Of a stretch of DNA of 64,000 nt, positions 57,871 to 64,000 are shown one piece after another; position 1 is the first letter of the stretch; every line of letters starts with the position of its first letter. Origin of the DNA: Lama guanicoe (lineage: Eukaryota); the NCBI GenBank assembly GCA_013239625.1, contig MU053482.1, forward strand, positions 2,953,168-3,017,167. Direction: 5' to 3'. A program made the position numbers and the translations under genes. Below the pieces are notes generated by a model. That model ran no database searches. It saw nothing but the letters and a program-made list of their open reading frames with translations, and was not told where the DNA came from.

Positions 57871-60800
57871 GGAATTGTTTCTTTAATTTGTAAGTTTATC
57901 TGTAGATTTCAGTCTCTCCCCCCAGACCAAAGGCTCTAGGTTCCAGGTACCACTCAGTGCTTTCAGGTTAACTCGGCCTTAGCCAGCAGCAGCATACCAC
58001 CTTAGAGTCCTGCTTCCTTTTCATTTTTCGCCCTTGAAGATTTCCCTTACTTTCTTGTGCTTAGTTATGCATTTAACAAGATATTTTATTTTATCCTACA
58101 ATTTCAGTATTTTATTTGTAATCTGGCATACAACAATCGGTGGCTCAGAGATAACTCAATTCCTCTCCTGAAATTAGTTCTACAGTTTTGCGGTGTCAGT
58201 GGTGACTGGGCATCATCCATCACCTCACCATTCCCTACAAAGGACAGTCCAGCACATGTTAATAATATAACATGTCAGTGTATCATATACTACACATAAT
58301 ACATAATGTTAACATTATTAAAATGATAAGCATCTTTTGTAAGGTTTAACAAGTTAAATGGCTTTGAATATGGCTTACTGTTTTTTGATTCTGATAATAT
58401 CTTTGTGGGTAAATTTTAAGAATTTCATAGTGCCTTCTGTATACAAAATAAAAACTATCAAGTATTAGAAAAACCATGAAGGAAAGGAAAAAAATTATTT
58501 CATGGACTTTTTTCCAAATTCATAATGGAGTTAATTTATATTCGAGTGAACTATTAACCCAAAGAATTGATACCTTTAAAATAACAATGAAAGTAAAGTA
58601 TGTACAGAGATAAAGTATCAGTGAACCAATTACAATCTTAGCTTATTTGCTTCACGATCTTAGATACATATAGTTTCATTCTCAAATTGTTGAAGCCAAA
58701 ATAGTACCATTAGATGAAAGGAGTAGGACAGTTTTCTAGACCCTGGAAGTACGAATCTTGTATCATCTTATTTTTTTTCTCTTGTATCACCTATTAATCT
58801 CAAGTTTCGAACTGCTCCCTTAATCACTATAGTTTATTTCATAAAAAGTCCTATAAACCAAGTATTTGTTTTCTAAAATCTAGACATCTGAGTTTTGGAT
58901 AAGCCCAAATTTCAGATGACAAGAAGTCACACCATGTATTAAGGAAAAAATTTTAAAAACAGCATGACTATATTTTTAAAATGGGGATAATAATAGTTAT
59001 TATTATCCCATGCATATAAAGCATTTAGCATAGTTCCTGGTATGTCAGAAGTACTCAATAAAATGATGATTATTGTTCTTTCAATAACCAACAGCCATAA
59101 TAGTTAAGTTAAAATTAACACTAATGCATCAATGACTGTCATATTCACAAGACAGTTTACACATGGGTCTTATTAAGTCATTATTCCTAATGTGTCATTC
59201 AGTTTAATCGGGCTCTAGTGACATGGGAAAAATACACAGACAGCTGCTTCTGTAGTTAGGTCCAGATCATACACAAACTAGGAGGTTACATGTAAAGTTC
59301 AGTCTAGTGTGAATTAAATTCATTAAGTCAACCAGTATTAGTAAGGAAACTGAATTGGGTAAAAGTCAGTAATTATACAACATCATTATGTAGAATCTTT
59401 TCAACTGTATTTAAATAAATGGTGCCTAATCTATTCCATGTACGTATTTTAAATCTGCATTTATAACTCCCTTTTAAATTTAGGCTGTTGCCCCAAAGCA
59501 CTTAATGAAAAATTTCTAGAATTTAGCTAAGGATTTTGTGTAACCAAGTTCTGATCTTTTCTTAGTCTCCTGAACACCCTTTACAATAACTGTACTCAAG
59601 CAATGCTCTCCCGATCTCTTACTGTGGTAGACGCTATTCCCATCTAAGGCACCAAATTCCATGACAGAAAAATAAATACTAAAAACTAAGAAGAGAGTAA
59701 ACTCATACCATCTTTCTGTCCCCATGTATCTGGTTTGACCTCCATGTTGAACGGTAATTTGTACTTCAAACTTTACTCTGTTATATGACAATCGAGAAGA
59801 AATGGCAAGTCCCTCCTCCAAGGTAGATATTTCTTAGAGAATGACTGGGGTTAACAGTTTTGACTGAATATGGATAATAAATCTTGAGGTTGAAGGTTAA
59901 TTACTGGTTTGTTAATTATAAATAATCCTTTGTGAATAAAGACTTTCTCTAGAACATAAAGTGTTTTGATTTGCATAGCTTTCATGTGTATTAATATTGA
60001 AGAATGCTCTAAGACTGGCTGAAGCAGAAGAAATAATAAAAAGAGGGTTCTTAAGAGGAGGGAAAAGAGGAGAGAATGATGAATAATCCCAAGAAAGCAC
60101 GGAAAGTTGATTAGAAAGGCTTGATGGAGAAGGCCCCCATGTGAGGGAGGGGACAAAATTTACACATATCAAAGCCAGAACCCAGAGGGAAAGGGAGGAG
60201 GAGAAAACAGAATCCCCCCAAATCAGTGTCATTATGTAAAGCAGACTATAGGGGATGAAAAAAGAAAAAAAGGGAACAGGTTAGTCTCTTTAATCCTTGA
60301 CACACTCCTACTCAGCATAACAGTTCGCTTTATTTCCTCCTATTGTACTTAGTATTAGTGATTTTCATGCCTGTCTACTCTATTAGATAATCAGTTAATG
60401 GACGGCAGAAACTGTGTCTTATGCATCAGTGTAACTCACATAATGAGTAGTGGAGTTTTACGCAGAGTAGACAGAGACTTTTTTGAAATAAAATTTTCTA
60501 CTAAGGTGGTTAGAGTATTTTTTACATTTACAAGTAACCATTCAAATCTCACTTTTTGCAATTAGTTTATTTAAACCTTTAAAAAATTATGAGTGTAAAA
60601 GTAAAAAAATTCTTGTCATTTACATAACAGTATTCAAATTCCTTAACATGGCACACAAAGCCCTTCACAGTCTAGCCACAGACTTGTCTTTCTGCTTCTG
60701 TCTCCAGTCACAATTCCCAGTAAGTGATCATGGTGTTTTCTCTGCCTGTAATATTTATATCTTCTCTGCCCACCCACTTCTCACCTCATTCCCACCTGTA

Positions 60801-62371
60801 AGACAAATGCCCATTTATCTTTCAAGGCGCAACTGTCATAAATTCTTTGTAGTGTTCCTTATTGCACCAGGAATTAATGTATAATATAACTATACCTGTT
60901 TTAGAACAGTTAGGTTGTAATTTACTGATCTATTTTTCTGTAAGTATGTGTTCTCCTCAAGGGCAGAGACCTCGACTTCTTCCTTTCTATTTCTAACTCT
61001 TGGGACATGGTAGTGGTTCAATGTCTACTGAACTGAACGGTACTAGTAGGCTGTCTTATTTCTTGAAGAATGAATACAGGAGCCCCCAATCTTTGATCAT
61101 AGTATGAAAAAGTTGAAAAGTCCAGGAAAACGCTCCACAAATACTTGTTAATTCTTCACTGGAAAACACAGTAATAATAATAATAATAATATCTGTTCTA
61201 TGGCTTTGGAGTAAATTATTCTATAATTGCCTTATATCAGTAAACTGTGAATATTAAACTAACATTAACAAATAACAGTACTTCCACACTAATTATAATA
61301 ATTCACAGATTTCAGAAGCAGAGGTTCTCCAGGAGGAAGGAGCAGCCGTGTAAAACTGGAAAGAAAAAGTAAGAGAGGCAAGAAGAAGTTGTGCTGAGAG
61401 GGAGGAGGTGGAGGTAGGAATGTGAAACTGTCCTAAAGAACAAGAAGAAAATAAAGAGAGGAAATAAAAGCAAGATACTATTTCCTTGGCCATTGTAAAA
61501 TTCTGCTGTGCTGGAGGCATCTGCTGTAATAAACACATTCATATCTTTTCTAGGCCAAATTTGGATTCAGTCCAGTGTTGATGTCTGTCTTCATTTCCAA
61601 ACGTTTTTCTGCTGACTTAATTTTTAAGATTAGTATTTGATTTTACAGTAGAAAAAAATATGAAAAAGACCCTTCATCATCACCACTTTTTTTTTTGCCA
61701 AAAATGTAATCCTTTTGAGACCTGTTGTAGGCAATGAAATGTATCCAGATCATAAAATCTAAGAAAAACAAAATTCTTTTCCTATTTTGTAGATTTTAAA
61801 GAATTTCTCTCATTATTTACCAATGGGGAAAAGATTAACACTGATGAAATACCTATTTTTTAAATATTACTGTAAGATTTTTCTTCTAGGAGCAATCTTA
61901 ATACCACAAACTATGGGTTCACTTGGATTGCATCAGTTGGAATTATCTACAAGCTGTGATATCTATGGTAGGACAAGTAGGGCCCATATTAATGACTGAG
62001 AGGCAAAGCCAGTCAGTTATTCAGTAACTTCTAAGTCAAAGAAATACAAAAGTGCATCTGTTGTGATTCTAAATACTTAGTATGTTTTATATTAGAAATA
62101 TGTGGAAATTAGAGATTTATAAATAATGATATGTGACACTTATTTACTAAGTTAACTATAACATGCAGTCATCAGCATTTCCTAACTTTGCCTCCTCCAA
62201 GCCAAAGCTAAATGAAATATCCCTGCTGGATATATAGATGAAAATGGTTGGAGGAATGAAGAAGTATGAGTGATGTCAGTTCAATACCTCCAAACAAAGG
62301 TACTGGACAAAAAAAGCTCTCAGAAGTATGCCATGTAAATTGGAATTCACTTGGGGAATGGAATCATAATC

Positions 62372-62578
62372 AGAGAATATGAACTTTGGAGTCAGGTAGA
62401 ACTGAGTTTGAGTCCTGGCTCTGCAACTTACTAGCTAAGTGGTACAGATTCTCTCTAAGCCATAGTTCTTTCATCTTAAAATGGGAATAATATTCATTGA
62501 GTTGGACTAGTTACAGTAAGCCAAATGTAGCATCTTTTACATAGTAAGAATTCAGTAAATATTAGCTGTCATTATTAT
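62372..62578 (+). mobile_element. MIR SINE
   Basis: actttggagtcaggtagaactgagtttgagtcctggctctgcaacttactagct. Confidence 0.8.
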
Positions 62579-63299
62579 TCCTATCACCTTCCTCTGGACT
62601 TCTTTTCTTTACCATGTTCTATTAGATACACAGGCTTACATAAGAAGTATCAAGCACTGACATGAAAGACACAGATAAAAGATTTTAGTGTACTCATTTT
62701 AGGGGGCAGGAGTAGGGGGCAGGGATAGGGAGCAGAATTACTGCTGAAGTCTGGTGACAGGAGGGTCATTGCTCAGGAGATGGAAAAGAAGATTCTGTGT
62801 TCTCCATGCTTTAATGTTCATTTTCTGCTTCTCTCATCAGGACAGCTAGGTTTACAAAAATAACTTTTTTTCAGATTTTCAACAGATTTTATTACACCAT
62901 CTCGAATATACTTGCCTTAGGCTTTTATATTTTTATATGGAAATGATACCTAGGTCTCAAATTTTATTTAGTCAGAAAAGCTAGTGGATGTTTGTCTAGA
63001 ATATATAAGCAAAAGTTAAAATTTAGCAAAAGAAGAATTAAGCAACTATAAAACCATGTAGACAGAAATATAGAATATATTTCTTCAAACTGAGAAATCA
63101 TGCTCTTCATCTCACATTCTTCCATATTATTTATTAAAATATAATTAGTTTAATTATTTTTATATTTTGAATTAGGTATAATCTGATGTACCTAACAATA
63201 CAAAAGATGATTTAAGCACTCCGGGTATGAAAAATTTTTCATTAATAATTAACAGTCCTAAAGAAATCTTCAAAACATCACAGGTGAAATTCAAATACA

Positions 63300-63595
63300 C
63301 ACTACGCTTAGTGAAAGAAGACAGACATAAAGAACATATATTACTCCATTTATATAAAATCTCCAGAAAAGGAAAATTTATACAGACAGAAAGTATATAA
63401 GTGGTTGCCACAAAATGGGAAGCAATGGTAAATGGGCATGAAATTTCCTTCTGGAGTGACAGAAATGTCCTAAAATAAGATGGTGGTGATAGCTGTACAG
63501 CACTGTAAATATACTAATAGTCCCTGAAATGTAAACTTAAATGAATTTAGTGGTATATATAAATTATATTTCAATAAATTTATTAATAAAAATAA
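63300..63595 (+). mobile_element. L1M 3' end
   Basis: ctccatttatataaaatctccagaaaaggaaaatttatacagacagaaagta...aaattatatttcaataaa. Confidence 0.8.
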
Positions 63596-64000
63596 ATCTT
63601 TTATGTGGCTGGATCTTGGAAAAGACACTGTAACATACTGAAAGAAATGAGAATTCTGAAAAAAAAAATCTATTTCTATAGAGAATAAGAGCCTGAATAG
63701 GGCTCTCGTGCTGAAGTAAGACCTAGCTCAATCAGTAAAACATCTTCAAAGTGTCATCTGCATGGGGGAGATCTTTGGAATTTGGGAAGGCAACACTTTA
63801 GGGTGCTTGAATTTAAGGAAACAGGGTGTTGCTTTTTCCTCACAGGATACACATAAACTACAGTGGGTACCCAAAGGAGAAAGTGTCAGCTCTCCTGGGA
63901 GGCATTTTGAGCATCAGTAACCAACAGATGTGCCTCAAAGACATAATGGGAGGGATTTGTCATACTTTGATAGACTCCAGGACACTCTCCAGATTACCTG

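Noticed and set aside
58984..59009. 12-bp hairpin gggataataata-gt-tattattatccc
   Set aside because: Low-complexity stem within MIR-like sequence, too short for a pre-miRNA
63990..64000. Donor-like CAG|GTAATC on the minus strand at the window edge
   Set aside because: The preceding SBF2 exon should end in an Arg codon in phase 0, which CAG does not fit, and only 3 nt of putative exon are visible

Overview
Mammalian, AT-rich, repeat-dense genomic DNA lying entirely inside SBF2 (MTMR13, myotubularin-related pseudophosphatase), which is transcribed on the minus strand. Eleven constitutive coding exons between 31965 and 7396 have GT-AG boundaries and mutually consistent phases. They splice into one open 1864-nt frame (KLAPGVSQF...ALALSPG) and correspond, from memory, to human exons 18-28. 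A 96-nt frame-preserving cassette exon follows at 6422-6517. Everything above ~32 kb is one large intron made of L1, L2, MIR, MaLR and DNA-transposon relics. L1 3' ends are cetartiodactyl-type and no Alu, Bov-tA/A2 or PRE1 SINEs were seen, suggesting a camelid-like genome (inference). I find no novel multi-gene system. The best leads are candidate extra SBF2 exons (72 nt at 14528-14599; 81 nt or alternative last exon at 6777-6973), an L1 inserted beside a splice acceptor, and an oddly arranged L1/target-site-duplication structure at 53.3-55.0 kb. Repeat names are recognised by eye and their boundaries are approximate.
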